NCBI GenBank assembly: GCA_029240075.1
Contig: JARBTQ010000007.1
Coordinates: 28,750 to 92,749 of the forward strand
Length of the DNA stretch: 64,000 nt
Origin: Chlamydiales bacterium
Lineage (GTDB): Bacteria > Chlamydiota > Chlamydiia > Chlamydiales > JARBTQ01
Reading direction: 5' to 3'
This document shows, piece after piece, positions 44,262 through 54,188 of this stretch. Both the position numbers and the translations under genes were made by a program. Each line of letters begins with the position of its first letter. The first letter of the stretch is position 1. The notes under the pieces are model-generated. The model made no database searches, had not been told where the DNA came from, and was given only the letters and a program-made list of their open reading frames with translations.

Positions 44262-46007
44262 TCATGGTTTTTGTTGTACTATTAGCAAATCAAACATACT
44301 AAGTTCATCTTTTCCATTAGAAAGTACAAGGGAAATGTTTGAGTTTTGCAGTAAAGGTAATGATTTGCAGATCTGTATGTGATTAGCCTCTTCATCAAAA
44401 GACGGGGTCCAATTATTATTGATATTGCAGTAAACAGGACATAATTTCTTACGGAGCTCTAATTTAGTAGGCTCTAAAAAGTTCAGATCTTCCATAAAAG
44501 CAGTATCTTGTTCAAAGCTTTGGATCCGTTTTTCTAATAATACAATACTTTCGTTAAGGTAAGTTAAGTTTTGTTCCATTAGACCACTGTCATTACCCCT
44601 ATAATTTTGTATAAATGGTAGCTTAGAGATAAAATCAACCATATCAGATTTTATTTCGACTTTTAATTTGTCATTATTAAGGAAGGGGATATCAAAAGTG
44701 TGTTTTAAATCATCAGAATGACTAGCCGAATCTAAAAAAGAGTTATTTAATTTTTGGATATTCATAAGCTCTAATAGATCCTTTGAGGATACGAAATAGG
44801 GGGTTAAGCAGTATTTTTTAATTTTCTGGCTATTTGTATCGATAGCTGTAAACTCTAAATCTTCTAAATTTTTGTAGGAGTTTAAGATAATATAAGATCC
44901 TTGTGGAGATAAGGTTACTGGGCTTCCTGGTTTGTAACCGCACTGTGCGACTAAATCTGGAACAATTATGTTTTCTTCATAGGAACCTATATAGTCTTCT
45001 TTCAAGACATTCCAACGACCAGTTTTATCTTGTTTGATTGTATATATCCAATCTTCCCCGCTCTGAGGGTCCCACACTTCACCGATTTTAAAACAGGTCT
45101 CCTTAACACTATTTTCTATTTCTTCATAGGATCTAAAATTATTGCTTTTACTTGTTAAACCAAATTGGGTGCAACTTTCATTGTTTTGTATATTTTCAAG
45201 GTTATTGATTGCAGTAATCATTTGTCTAAGTAAATGATTTAAAATGGCGGCTAGACAATCAAGCTCTGCATTCATCTCAATTTGTTTAGTCTTCGTTAAG
45301 GTAGGAGCAACATTATTCTGTGTTATTTTTGCAACCTGAGCCATATTTGCCAGTATGTTCTTAGAATAAACTAGAGAAATTTTAAAGTTTTGAATAATGA
45401 GAGCTAAATTGTTATTTTCAAAAAAACTATTTTGTACTCCTCTTAATAAGTGTTGTAGGTTGACAAAATCACTCAATTTAAATCTGTGAATTGGTAGTTG
45501 GGTTTCAAATAAGTGGCTTAAAGTATAAAAAACTTGTTGGATTAAAGCTTTATTGAATTTTAGTGGATATGCAGTACTATGATCATTTTGAGATAGGCCC
45601 TTACTAATAATTAGCAGAGCTCTTAATTGCTTTGTAAGTTCTATGTAAAAGTTAACAGGTCTAAAAGTATGCATTTTGCAGAACAAGTCCAAATCTTCTG
45701 TTAACTTTTCTATAACCAAGGATGCGTCAACACAGATAGAACTGATAAATGGGACCGCGCTAGGTAATACTTTAATGCGATTCCAGTGTTTTAAGAGACT
45801 TTTAACGTTAGGTTTTGAAAATAACAAATCATACGATGCATATTGCTCAATAAAATTTTTAATGATTTTTTCTGATCTTTCTATGACTAAGCGCCCCGTC
45901 GTATAAAGGCTACGATTGCATTGTGTAACCGTAGTCAAGTCCTTTGCCTCTAAATAATTCAAAATTTTTTGACTAATCTCTGGAGGTAAATTATTTATCG
46001 TACTCAT
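44262..46007 (-). CDS. F-box domain protein
   Basis: N-terminal INNLPPEISQKILNYLEAKDLTTVTQCNRSLY matches the F-box consensus LPxEIxxxILxxLxxxDL...V. I recognise nothing in the remaining roughly 530 aa. Confidence 0.75.
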   Translation of the reverse strand: MSTINNLPPEISQKILNYLEAKDLTTVTQCNRSLYTTGRLVIERSEKIIKNFIEQYASYDLLFSKPNVKSLLKHWNRIKVLPSAVPFISSICVDASLVIEKLTEDLDLFCKMHTFRPVNFYIELTKQLRALLIISKGLSQNDHSTAYPLKFNKALIQQVFYTLSHLFETQLPIHRFKLSDFVNLQHLLRGVQNSFFENNNLALIIQNFKISLVYSKNILANMAQVAKITQNNVAPTLTKTKQIEMNAELDCLAAILNHLLRQMITAINNLENIQNNESCTQFGLTSKSNNFRSYEEIENSVKETCFKIGEVWDPQSGEDWIYTIKQDKTGRWNVLKEDYIGSYEENIIVPDLVAQCGYKPGSPVTLSPQGSYIILNSYKNLEDLEFTAIDTNSQKIKKYCLTPYFVSSKDLLELMNIQKLNNSFLDSASHSDDLKHTFDIPFLNNDKLKVEIKSDMVDFISKLPFIQNYRGNDSGLMEQNLTYLNESIVLLEKRIQSFEQDTAFMEDLNFLEPTKLELRKKLCPVYCNINNNWTPSFDEEANHIQICKSLPLLQNSNISLVLSNGKDELSMFDLLIVQQKP

Positions 46008-46330
46008 ACAATTGCCTTAGTTTTTTGTTTTTAACATTGCTCTGAGTCGATCTAATTTAAATCGCTCATACAAACAGAGGGTTAGCCTGTAAAAAATCGA
46101 ACTCTATTTGTTGTTAATATAAATTGGTAAATGCAATTTGCTTGCCTATTGAAATAGGACTTAATAGAAGTATTGAAAAAAGATTTTATTGGGACTCCTA
46201 TAAAATATCGCTGTGGCAAGCACTAAGGTACAAAAATGCTATGGACCTAGAGATTGGCATTGCTGCAATCTACTATCGATTTTTTTTAATAAATAGACAA
46301 TGGTTCCCATACTTTTAATGGAATAAACTC

Positions 46331-46437
46331 CATACAAAAAGCTTGATTGTATTGTATACAAAGTGCGGCTATGTTTGGTTTTTTTCAGTAGCAAGAAAAT
46401 GGTTAAGTTGCTCATATTCTGTATATATAATCCCATC
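46331..46437. repeat. second copy of the about 100-nt element at 24785..24890
   Basis: See 24785..24890. Minus-strand translations of the two copies are also similar (NLTIFLLLKKTKHSRTLYT versus YLTVFFYW*KKGKPSRALYS), which suggests a gene fragment. Confidence 0.5.
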
Positions 46438-46824
46438 TAAAAGATAGATGAGAACCTTTTATAATTAATTAGTTTAATTTGATTTTATATAATTATTATG
46501 TCAGAATCTTATTATTGTTTGCTTGATTGGTTATAGAATAAGCGGATAGAAGATTCAAATAGGTGTAAGCTTATCTTTAACAAAGATCAAAAATATTTAG
46601 CTTTTCCAGAAAATGGCAGGCTTAAGTTGGTCTTTTGGCCTATCTGAAATTGGTTTGATTTATTTAAGATCCCCACATACAATGGGTCTCGACATTTGTT
46701 GATTTTTCTTTTGCTTCTTCGATTTTAATTTGCTATATCGAATCTTAGTAAACAGACCCTAGTAATAGGGGTAATAGATGCGCATTCTTTTGTAGCTAAA
46801 AAACTTAAATTTTAGTTTGTAATT

Positions 46825-48909
46825 ATGACAAAACCTGGAACTTATTTACCTGTGCTCCAAGGCATTCAGAAGAATAAAGATTTTCATCGACTTGAAACAC
46901 TTTTTCAACCAGATGTGCTTCAACAAATGGCCGAAGATGAAAGATCTTTATTATCTTCTTTACTGCTCGATCAGATAACAGTTGTGGACAACTGTAATGA
47001 AGAGAGCATTGCGGAGATTTTAGAGAGAGCTTTTGCCATAATGCCAGATGCTTTCGATCTCGTTTATCGTCAAAGCCTCATCGGATTAGAGCAAGGAAAA
47101 AAAGCGAATCAAAATAACCTCTTATTGCTTGCTAGGCAACGGATTCAGCATGCCGTTAAGCTAGAGCCAACTAATATTCATGCATGGGCTACTTATGCCA
47201 AGATTTTGCTATGCCTGGTTTCCAGAACACAGCAACCTGAATACTTTGAGGAGGTCCAGGCAGCTTTAAGTGAAGCTAAGAAATTAGCTATTGGAAATGA
47301 GGATCTTTTAGTACTTGTTAAAAGTTTGCAAGCTACCTACTATTTCTATAGTGCACAAGTTTCAGAAGAACCCATCGATTATATTCAGGCGCTGGAAATC
47401 TATAACAGCATAGAAACTCAAATTGGTCCCGATGCTAATTTTTTGATAGATTATACTCGTTGTATCATGGCCTTATACAATTTAGTAGGTAGCATAGGTT
47501 ATCTACAAAAAGCGGCTGTTATCGGGAAAAAAATAGCTTATCACTATCCACAAGTTGCTAAATATTGGTATGAGATAGGTCTTATCTATCAGCAATATTA
47601 TCGAATGACAGAAGAACACCTTTATTTCCAAATTGCTGATGAATCGTTTAAAAAAGCGGAAGAATTGGGAGAAAATAGTCTAGAATTATGGCTTAATTGG
47701 GGAATACTGCACTTTGACTTAGCTCAGCAAAAGGAAACCATAGAAATTTTAGACTCTAGCGTTCGTAAATTATCGCTTGCAGCTCAGTTTAGTCCTCATG
47801 AACCACAAGTTATTGCAGCATATACGCAGGCAATCTCTTTAATGGGAACTTTATGCGATAGTTTGGAGTTTTTAAATCAAGCAAAGCTTAAGATTCAAAC
47901 AGCGGTAGAAGCATATCCTACAGATTCCTACATTAGTTATGCCTATGCAACTTGTTTGGCAGCTTGGGGAGAGTACTTTAGCGAAGATGAGTTTTATTTT
48001 GACGCTGTGGAAATATTAAAACAAGCATTAAATGTTCCTGTAAAAAACACACAAATACACTCTAAACTATGGTATCAGCTTGGGAATCTGTACTATGGAA
48101 TAGGGGATATGCTTAACGACTCCTACTATATAGAGCAGGCTATTATTAGCTATCAAAGGGCGGTTAGCCTAGAGCGTGACCGCGCCAAGATCTGGACTAA
48201 TTGGGGCGTTGCATTGGCAAAAATGGGCCAGTTAACCCTTGAAAAATGTTATTTCGAACTCGCTATAGAGCGTTTCCAGCATGTTATTTATACTCTTTGT
48301 GCAGGGGAAGAGAACGCAGATTTAGAAACACTTTATCAATATGGCTCTGTTCTTGATCTACTAGGGGATTTTGATCAGGATGAAGAGGACCATTATAATT
48401 TAGCTGTAGGTGTCTTAGAACGAGTCGTAGAGCAGGATCCAGAACATTTACAAGCACGTCATAGCCTAGCTTTAGCCCTTTTTCATAGAGGAGAAGTTAC
48501 AGCTGAAATTGTAGATTTTCAGGATGCTGCAGAGCATTTTCAAAAGTTAGCAGAATTAAATCCTGAGGATGATGTTCTATGGCATGACTGGGGGGTAACG
48601 CTGCTACATTTAGCTGCTTTTGTAGATGATACGTCCCATACTTTTAATTTTGAACAGGTTGTTATTGATGCTGAATCAAAGCTACTAGAAGCTGCTAAAT
48701 TAGGAAATATTTATGTGTTTTACCATTTAGCATGTTTATATGCTTTGAAGGAGCAATACGAAGACGCTATCAAATGGCTTACACATGCAGATCATTATGA
48801 AGCATTACCTTCAATTGATGAGCTTATGAGTGACGATTGGTTAGAAGATTTACGGGAAACAGATCTTTTTCGAAATTTTATAGCTCATCTAAAAATAAGT
48901 AATGAGTAA
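46825..48909 (+). CDS. large TPR-repeat protein
   Basis: 34-aa TPR-like units recur throughout (AWATYAKILL, YWYEIGLIYQQY, LWLNWGILHFDL, LWYQLGNLYYGIGD, IWTNWGVALAKMG, LWHDWGVTLLHL). Confidence 0.75.
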   Translation: MTKPGTYLPVLQGIQKNKDFHRLETLFQPDVLQQMAEDERSLLSSLLLDQITVVDNCNEESIAEILERAFAIMPDAFDLVYRQSLIGLEQGKKANQNNLLLLARQRIQHAVKLEPTNIHAWATYAKILLCLVSRTQQPEYFEEVQAALSEAKKLAIGNEDLLVLVKSLQATYYFYSAQVSEEPIDYIQALEIYNSIETQIGPDANFLIDYTRCIMALYNLVGSIGYLQKAAVIGKKIAYHYPQVAKYWYEIGLIYQQYYRMTEEHLYFQIADESFKKAEELGENSLELWLNWGILHFDLAQQKETIEILDSSVRKLSLAAQFSPHEPQVIAAYTQAISLMGTLCDSLEFLNQAKLKIQTAVEAYPTDSYISYAYATCLAAWGEYFSEDEFYFDAVEILKQALNVPVKNTQIHSKLWYQLGNLYYGIGDMLNDSYYIEQAIISYQRAVSLERDRAKIWTNWGVALAKMGQLTLEKCYFELAIERFQHVIYTLCAGEENADLETLYQYGSVLDLLGDFDQDEEDHYNLAVGVLERVVEQDPEHLQARHSLALALFHRGEVTAEIVDFQDAAEHFQKLAELNPEDDVLWHDWGVTLLHLAAFVDDTSHTFNFEQVVIDAESKLLEAAKLGNIYVFYHLACLYALKEQYEDAIKWLTHADHYEALPSIDELMSDDWLEDLRETDLFRNFIAHLKISNE

Positions 48910-48915
48910 ATAAAT

Positions 48916-48950
48916 GTATATGAGTTCTTTAGAGTAAAGAACTCATATAC
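48916..48950 (+). terminator. perfect 16-bp AT-rich hairpin right after the TPR gene
   Basis: GTATATGAGTTCTTTA-gag-TAAAGAACTCATATAC, beginning 7 nt after the stop. Confidence 0.6.
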
Positions 48951-49020
48951 CAGATGGGTTTGTTATCAGATCTTCTTCTATCAAGCAGCTTCTTCAAAAT
49001 CTTTACTTTTGGAAACTCAA

Positions 49021-49063
49021 TAGATCCCTGTAAAATAATTTGTGAAAGAAACCTATTGTCCCT
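49021..49063 (+). repeat. copy of the intergenic repeat family (TAGATCCCTGTAAAATAATTTGTGAAAGAAACCTATTGTCCC)
   Basis: It is collinear with 6141..6183 along its whole length, including the ACCTATT..CCC end. Confidence 0.6.
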
Positions 49064-49150
49064 ATTTGGTCGTTAATTTTATAGGCCTGTAATTTTTCAT
49101 CTAATACCTTTATTTGAAGTTTAGGGTGTTTTAGAAATATTGCACCTAGA

Positions 49151-49188
49151 TAGATCTCTAAAAACTACTTAAGGTAAATAGGTTTCCT
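49151..49188 (+). repeat. copy of the intergenic repeat family with an internal insertion (TAGATCTCTaaaaactacttaaggtAAATAGGTTTCC)
   Basis: It has both core blocks, TAGATCTCT and AAATAGGTTT. It lies 3' of the minus-strand F-box gene stop at 49211. Confidence 0.5.
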
Positions 49189-49210
49189 ACAATGAGCATA
49201 GATTGTTATT

Positions 49211-50668
49211 CTAAGGTTTAGTAAAGTCTTGCTTTGAAAAAAAAATGCCCCATGCGTTGTAAAAACCTTTATACCATTTGCTAATAGTGCTTTCGGTAGT
49301 AGCTTTGGGATGGGATTTATTATTCCATATTTCAATTCGTCCATTTGAAGTTGCTGCTGCAAGGCAAGCCTCATCTTCATCAGTATTGAAGCTAAGAGTC
49401 AGTTTAGCTACACCTTCTTTTGTATTGAAAGTGTGAAGAAGTGTTAAGTTTGTCAAATCCCAAACCTGAATTAACTTTTCACTACAGAAACTTGTGAAAA
49501 GATAGTTACATTCAGATGCCATCACGGTAGCTCGAATAATCTTTTTAGAAAGGCCACCTTGCAGATCTAAGATGCTAAGAGTATTGCTTGATAGAAGGCA
49601 AAGAGCATGATTGTTACGGACTACTAGATCTTTAATAAAAAAATCTGTAGTTAAGACATCATTTTCTTGTGGGATGCGATCTAGCTTATGTTCAATTTCT
49701 AAACTTTTTGCTCCAAGGATAAGGATTTTATGATTAATTGTAATAATGATTCTTTCGGTGTTAGAGGCAAGCTTCCAACTTGTTATCTTGTAATCGGATG
49801 ATACTGTTTTCGAACATAAGATATCCCCTGTCTGAGAATCATAACTTCTAACTATACTACTAACAGTTTTATCTTGATCAAAACTTAAAAAGCCTATGAT
49901 TAATTTGTGGTCTGAAAAGCTGATACCCATACATTTTAAATCGTAGCTCGATTCAGTAATATCAAAATTTTTTAGAGATAAACTACTTAGATTAATAACA
50001 GTGATTGTTTTTTGCTGCGCAGTGCTTACGGCAAATGTAGCTATAAGGTTTTTGGCATCATTAAGTGCATAAAAGTTTGCAGCAGATTGATGAGGAAATT
50101 CCTTAACAATACGATCAAATTCATATTCTTCTTTGGCATCCACTGTTAAAGGAATCGTATGAAAGCTCAATATATCTGAACTAGTATCAGTATAGCCTCT
50201 ATCTGTATCAAACTTTTCTCCTATAAGGAGATACTTATTAGTAAAGTGAAGAAATGGCGATTGATGAGTTCTATACTCATAAAATCTTTCTGTAGTATCT
50301 GCTATTGAATGTAGAGTAACGTTTGTTCTAGGACAATTGAATGTAGGGGAATTTGTATATCGGGTATAGACAATATGGGATTTTGAACAACTTAGATGCA
50401 TTATAGACGATTCCACTTCTTCAGTAAGTAATGAACCAGGTCTTAGGAGCCGAACAATGAGCCTAGTGGAACTAGATAGCATCTCTTTAACTATACAGTT
50501 CCATTGCTTACAGACGCAACTTGCATTAGCTTTATTGGGTAATGTTAATCTGTTAAATATATCTTTAATAATATCAGATGGTAAACAAACAACTGGTATT
50601 ATCTGCTGGTCAAATTTCAAAACTTGGTTTGTTTGTTCTGGATCAAATCGATTAGTAGGAAACGTCAT
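49211..50668 (-). CDS. F-box protein with a beta-propeller (WD40-like) C-terminal region
   Basis: The F-box is CLPSDIIKDIFNRLTLPNKANASCVCKQWNCIV. Later units are WD-like: SIVRSYDSQTGDIL, NTLSILDLQGG, KLIQVWDLTNLTLLHTF and SNGRIEIWNN. Confidence 0.65.
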   Translation of the reverse strand: MTFPTNRFDPEQTNQVLKFDQQIIPVVCLPSDIIKDIFNRLTLPNKANASCVCKQWNCIVKEMLSSSTRLIVRLLRPGSLLTEEVESSIMHLSCSKSHIVYTRYTNSPTFNCPRTNVTLHSIADTTERFYEYRTHQSPFLHFTNKYLLIGEKFDTDRGYTDTSSDILSFHTIPLTVDAKEEYEFDRIVKEFPHQSAANFYALNDAKNLIATFAVSTAQQKTITVINLSSLSLKNFDITESSYDLKCMGISFSDHKLIIGFLSFDQDKTVSSIVRSYDSQTGDILCSKTVSSDYKITSWKLASNTERIIITINHKILILGAKSLEIEHKLDRIPQENDVLTTDFFIKDLVVRNNHALCLLSSNTLSILDLQGGLSKKIIRATVMASECNYLFTSFCSEKLIQVWDLTNLTLLHTFNTKEGVAKLTLSFNTDEDEACLAAATSNGRIEIWNNKSHPKATTESTISKWYKGFYNAWGIFFSKQDFTKP

Positions 50669-50938
50669 TTCTCTTATAAAAATGGGAGGTTATAAATGGT
50701 TTCTATATTATTTTGTAGTATCTTACTACATTAGTAAAAAATATAACAGCCATTTACTAAAATGCTTTTTAGCGCTTATTTCATTAGGACAAAGCAGGTC
50801 GGATCGACATATGGGTGAAATTACATAGCATTTGCATTTTATTTGATTGTTTAATTTTTCTATTTATTAATATTAAATTAATAATTTTCATTTATTGAAT
50901 TGATTTGTTTTATTTAATTTCAACTCAATAGGTGATAG

Positions 50939-53773
50939 ATGCAAGCTTCATTTCATAATTTTCTAAATACGATTAATAAATTTGCAGGGGAACTCAGCCT
51001 TAAGGGGAACAAATTGACTTGCTTTAAAGACTCTAGTGAAAAAGCAGAAGAAAATTTAGAGAAAGTGCGAGCTGTAGTTACCTTTATCCAAGATAATGAA
51101 CGTTTTTTGAATGAAACTGATTGTAAATCCTTAAAGCAACTTAAAGAAACATTAAGTTGTAAAGTTGAGACCCCCGCTCACAAAGAACAAATTCAAGCGG
51201 TCTTTGATAAGTTTATAAAAATGGCTGAAAATACAAAGAAGGATGGGCCGGCCCCAACGAATTTAACATTTAAACCTTATGAATTAAGCATTTTGGTTGC
51301 TAAAGCTGCTTCTACACAAGAAGAAGTCTTAGCTAATTTAAGTTTAGTTGCAAAGTACTTCCCACGCTATCAGCTAGGAAATAATTTTGCTGTTTATGAT
51401 ACAAATAGTGGGGTTCTACCATCTGATACAGATATAAATATGGTGCGTTATGAATTGAAGTTTTTTCTGGAAAAGCTTAAGCAATCAAATCTGGAAGTTC
51501 TAGAAATTGCTCAGGTCGTTTATTCAGCAATTAAACCTTACACAGTTGTACCATTGGCTATACGGATTGCTGAAGAAGAGGGGAAGGAGAATCAAGCTGG
51601 CCTACTTCATTGCAAAGATGCTGTTACATACAAGTATCCACTACTTCTGTCTAAAACATTTTTGCATTGCTATGACGCAGATCAGCAAAAATTCGGGATA
51701 GAGTTGGCTGAAACATTTCAAGACTGTGACATTTACAACCCTCCGTATAACACTTTTATTGTCGTGTTTCCAAAGGGGAGTGACCCCCATAAACTTGGCC
51801 TTAATTTGGATCCCACTATGAAATGGGATAGAGCTCTGACCGAGATAAAGAAAGTAGCAGCAGGTAAAGTTGCGGAGTCATTAGTAGATTTATCTTTGCA
51901 GGATACAGAAGATCACGGATTCTATCGGCTTTTTGCTATCTCGGGGCATGGGTTACCCGGTAATATAGCCAACCTTCCACAAGAGGAAATAGAAAAAAAA
52001 ATATTCCCTGCCTTAGAAACGGTTCATACGAAGGGAACACATTGGAGTAGTTGTTTTGCAGGGGGAGCCAATTCGCTTGCATTTAAAAATAAAGCGGGGC
52101 AGGTTCCCTTCCCAGTATTCATTCAAGGAGCACAAGAAGAAGTTACGTTTGTTAGTAACCAAGCTTTTGTACTTTTAGAAGAGTTGAATAGAACCTTATT
52201 TGAAAGGCCTTTATCTGATTATTCAGATTATATTCCGCAGATTAAAGCTTTAAACAGAAAAGAGATCGCCAAATGGGATCTCGAAGCAGATGATAGTGAT
52301 GAACGTGATAAAATTTTGACATTTATCCCAGCAGTTAAACAAGAAGATCTAAAAAGGTATTATACCTCAATCCATGCTTCTAATATCTCTAGTATTGACC
52401 AGGAGATTAAAACGGCTAGAAATGATGAGATCCTCACACCTATCTTAACGGCTAAGCAAAAAGGGTTAAAAGAGCACTCTGCCCTAATTCTTACTTCTAA
52501 TATCTCTACTACTGAGCAGGGGATTGAAACAGCTAAAAATGATTTAGGGGCAGTAGGGGATGATACAGAACTTTGTATAAATATTACACAAGCAAACGAT
52601 TACTATTTTCTAGAAGACCCCATTGTAGAATATAAATTAATCTTCCAGCAAACATCCCCTTTTGCGTTCATTTCGCGAGGAAGTGCTTCTCATCATGTCA
52701 TCAGAGGTATGGAAGCTCCGAATCTTTCTATTGAAAAGCTTTGCGAAGCCACTCTTAATTCCCATAATGACAAAAGAGGTGGGTATCCTTCTAAAACATT
52801 TGTAATTGGGCTGCTGACTTGTCAGATTGAAGGAGATCTTGATACTGTAGTAAATGTTGTTCTACGGAAAAGTGGCCAGGAATGCTTTGTCTGTTATAAG
52901 AAGGGTGATCAATATTATGAAACCACTTATCTAGAAAAAAAGAAATTCCTTGATGAATTTCCTAAGAAAAAATTTAAGGAGTGGGTTCTAGAAAGGAAGA
53001 AAGTTATTTCAAAAGCTTTAGCAATAAGTAAAACTTACTATGCTTTGCTTGATTCTACTCCTTCTAAGGGGATGTTAGACCAGCTTAGCAAAGGAAAACA
53101 GACAGAAGAAGATTTTTATACAGCTATAAAAGACCTCTTTTGGGAAGGACAGGTTCCTATAGAAGCCACTCTAATTCATTATCTAGCGACTCATGGTTTA
53201 GGAAATGGGCAAAGCTCTTTCGATCCAAAAGAAATAGAAGATCTCATCAATAAGATGGATGTGAAAGAGAAGGCTACTGCATTTAGCACTCTTAGCGAAT
53301 TTATAAAATTATTAGATCGTTCAAAATATAATGTAGATAGAATTATAGCTAACTTTAATTCCTATCTCTATACTCCGCTTATGCAAGCCATCACAAATAA
53401 TAGAGTGGAAGAGATAGGGCAAATTTTAGAACTATCACCTCAAACCCTTAATCAATCGACTGTTTTTAAAACCACCTCTCTGGGAATTGCAATCAATACT
53501 GAACAAATAGAATTAGCTGAGTATTTATTGAAACAGGGAGCTCAATTGGAGCTTAAGGAAAGGATTAACATACCCAATTTCATAAGTATCATGTTCTATT
53601 ATATAGAACAGAAAGGGGAGTTTACTAAAGAAAACCGCAAGGCTTTTTTAGATAAGATCAAGCAAATGAGGGATGGTGAAAGTATTCTCGAATATAGAAG
53701 TATTGGTATTCGAAAAATTTCGAATAGTTTAAGGAGCTTACAAGATATAATTGAAAGGTTCCCGGATAAATAA
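50939..53773 (+). CDS. large hypothetical protein with a possible His/Cys (caspase-fold-like) dyad, an internal 39-aa repeat and C-terminal ankyrin repeats
   Basis: RLFAISGHGLPGN is followed 34 aa later by HWSSCFAGGAN. The unit SNISSIDQEIKTARND / SNISTTEQGIETAKND is repeated. C-terminal YTPLMQAITNNRVEEIGQILE and SLGIAINTEQIELAEYLLKQGAQLE are ankyrin-like. Confidence 0.6.
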   Translation: MQASFHNFLNTINKFAGELSLKGNKLTCFKDSSEKAEENLEKVRAVVTFIQDNERFLNETDCKSLKQLKETLSCKVETPAHKEQIQAVFDKFIKMAENTKKDGPAPTNLTFKPYELSILVAKAASTQEEVLANLSLVAKYFPRYQLGNNFAVYDTNSGVLPSDTDINMVRYELKFFLEKLKQSNLEVLEIAQVVYSAIKPYTVVPLAIRIAEEEGKENQAGLLHCKDAVTYKYPLLLSKTFLHCYDADQQKFGIELAETFQDCDIYNPPYNTFIVVFPKGSDPHKLGLNLDPTMKWDRALTEIKKVAAGKVAESLVDLSLQDTEDHGFYRLFAISGHGLPGNIANLPQEEIEKKIFPALETVHTKGTHWSSCFAGGANSLAFKNKAGQVPFPVFIQGAQEEVTFVSNQAFVLLEELNRTLFERPLSDYSDYIPQIKALNRKEIAKWDLEADDSDERDKILTFIPAVKQEDLKRYYTSIHASNISSIDQEIKTARNDEILTPILTAKQKGLKEHSALILTSNISTTEQGIETAKNDLGAVGDDTELCINITQANDYYFLEDPIVEYKLIFQQTSPFAFISRGSASHHVIRGMEAPNLSIEKLCEATLNSHNDKRGGYPSKTFVIGLLTCQIEGDLDTVVNVVLRKSGQECFVCYKKGDQYYETTYLEKKKFLDEFPKKKFKEWVLERKKVISKALAISKTYYALLDSTPSKGMLDQLSKGKQTEEDFYTAIKDLFWEGQVPIEATLIHYLATHGLGNGQSSFDPKEIEDLINKMDVKEKATAFSTLSEFIKLLDRSKYNVDRIIANFNSYLYTPLMQAITNNRVEEIGQILELSPQTLNQSTVFKTTSLGIAINTEQIELAEYLLKQGAQLELKERINIPNFISIMFYYIEQKGEFTKENRKAFLDKIKQMRDGESILEYRSIGIRKISNSLRSLQDIIERFPDK
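52376..52543 (+). repeat. two about 51-nt direct repeats 117 nt apart inside the 944-aa CDS
   Basis: gcttctaatatctctagtattgaccaggagattaaaacggctagaaatgat (52376-52426) compares with acttctaatatctctactactgagcaggggattgaaacagctaaaaatgat (52493-52543). Confidence 0.8.
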
Positions 53774-53905
53774 AAGAGTTACCTTTTGTTTCCTTTCAGT
53801 GCCCTGTCCCCCTCCGTAAAGAGGTGCTTTATGTTAGTTAAACTATCTTTAGCTCTGCTATAAGGGCTAATCGGCCTTTAATTAGTTGCCTAATAACAAC
53901 AAATA

Positions 53906-53949
53906 GATGATTCTACCTTTTTTTATGAGTAGAAAAAAGTAGAATCATC
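53906..53949. other. long hairpin in the 415-nt intergenic region
   Basis: GATGATTCTAC (53906-53916) pairs with GTAGAATCATC (53939-53949), a perfect 11 bp. The stem can extend through T6/A6 if one C is bulged. Confidence 0.5.
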
Positions 53950-54188
53950 AGAGCTTTGTATATGCGACAAGGCTAATATCGATTTATTCTAAGCCTTTTA
54001 ATTTTAAAAATGTACTTTTCCTTTTTTAGAAATGAAAAATTATGATAATTTAATCATATTCTGTTTAATCTATTTAAATCGCTATTAGATGTCATTCCTT
54101 TTGTAGCCTCTATATAAATTCTTGATTTTATAAAGATGGCGTTACGATTTTATTTAAATTTACTTATTTTACCTAACATAACTTAGTC

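Noticed and set aside
46124-46436. Two short ORFs (64 and 65 aa) in the 817-bp gap between the F-box and TPR genes.
   Set aside because: Neither has an SD or any motif. The minus-strand ORF coincides with the repeated fragment also seen at 24785-24890, where the same frame carries a stop. It is therefore more likely a gene remnant than a live gene.
49165-49380. 71-aa minus-strand ORF overlapping the 3' end of the F-box/propeller gene. The 123-aa plus-strand ORF at 50457-50828 was considered alongside it.
   Set aside because: Both overlap the well-supported 49211..50668 CDS in other frames or on the other strand and have no independent support.
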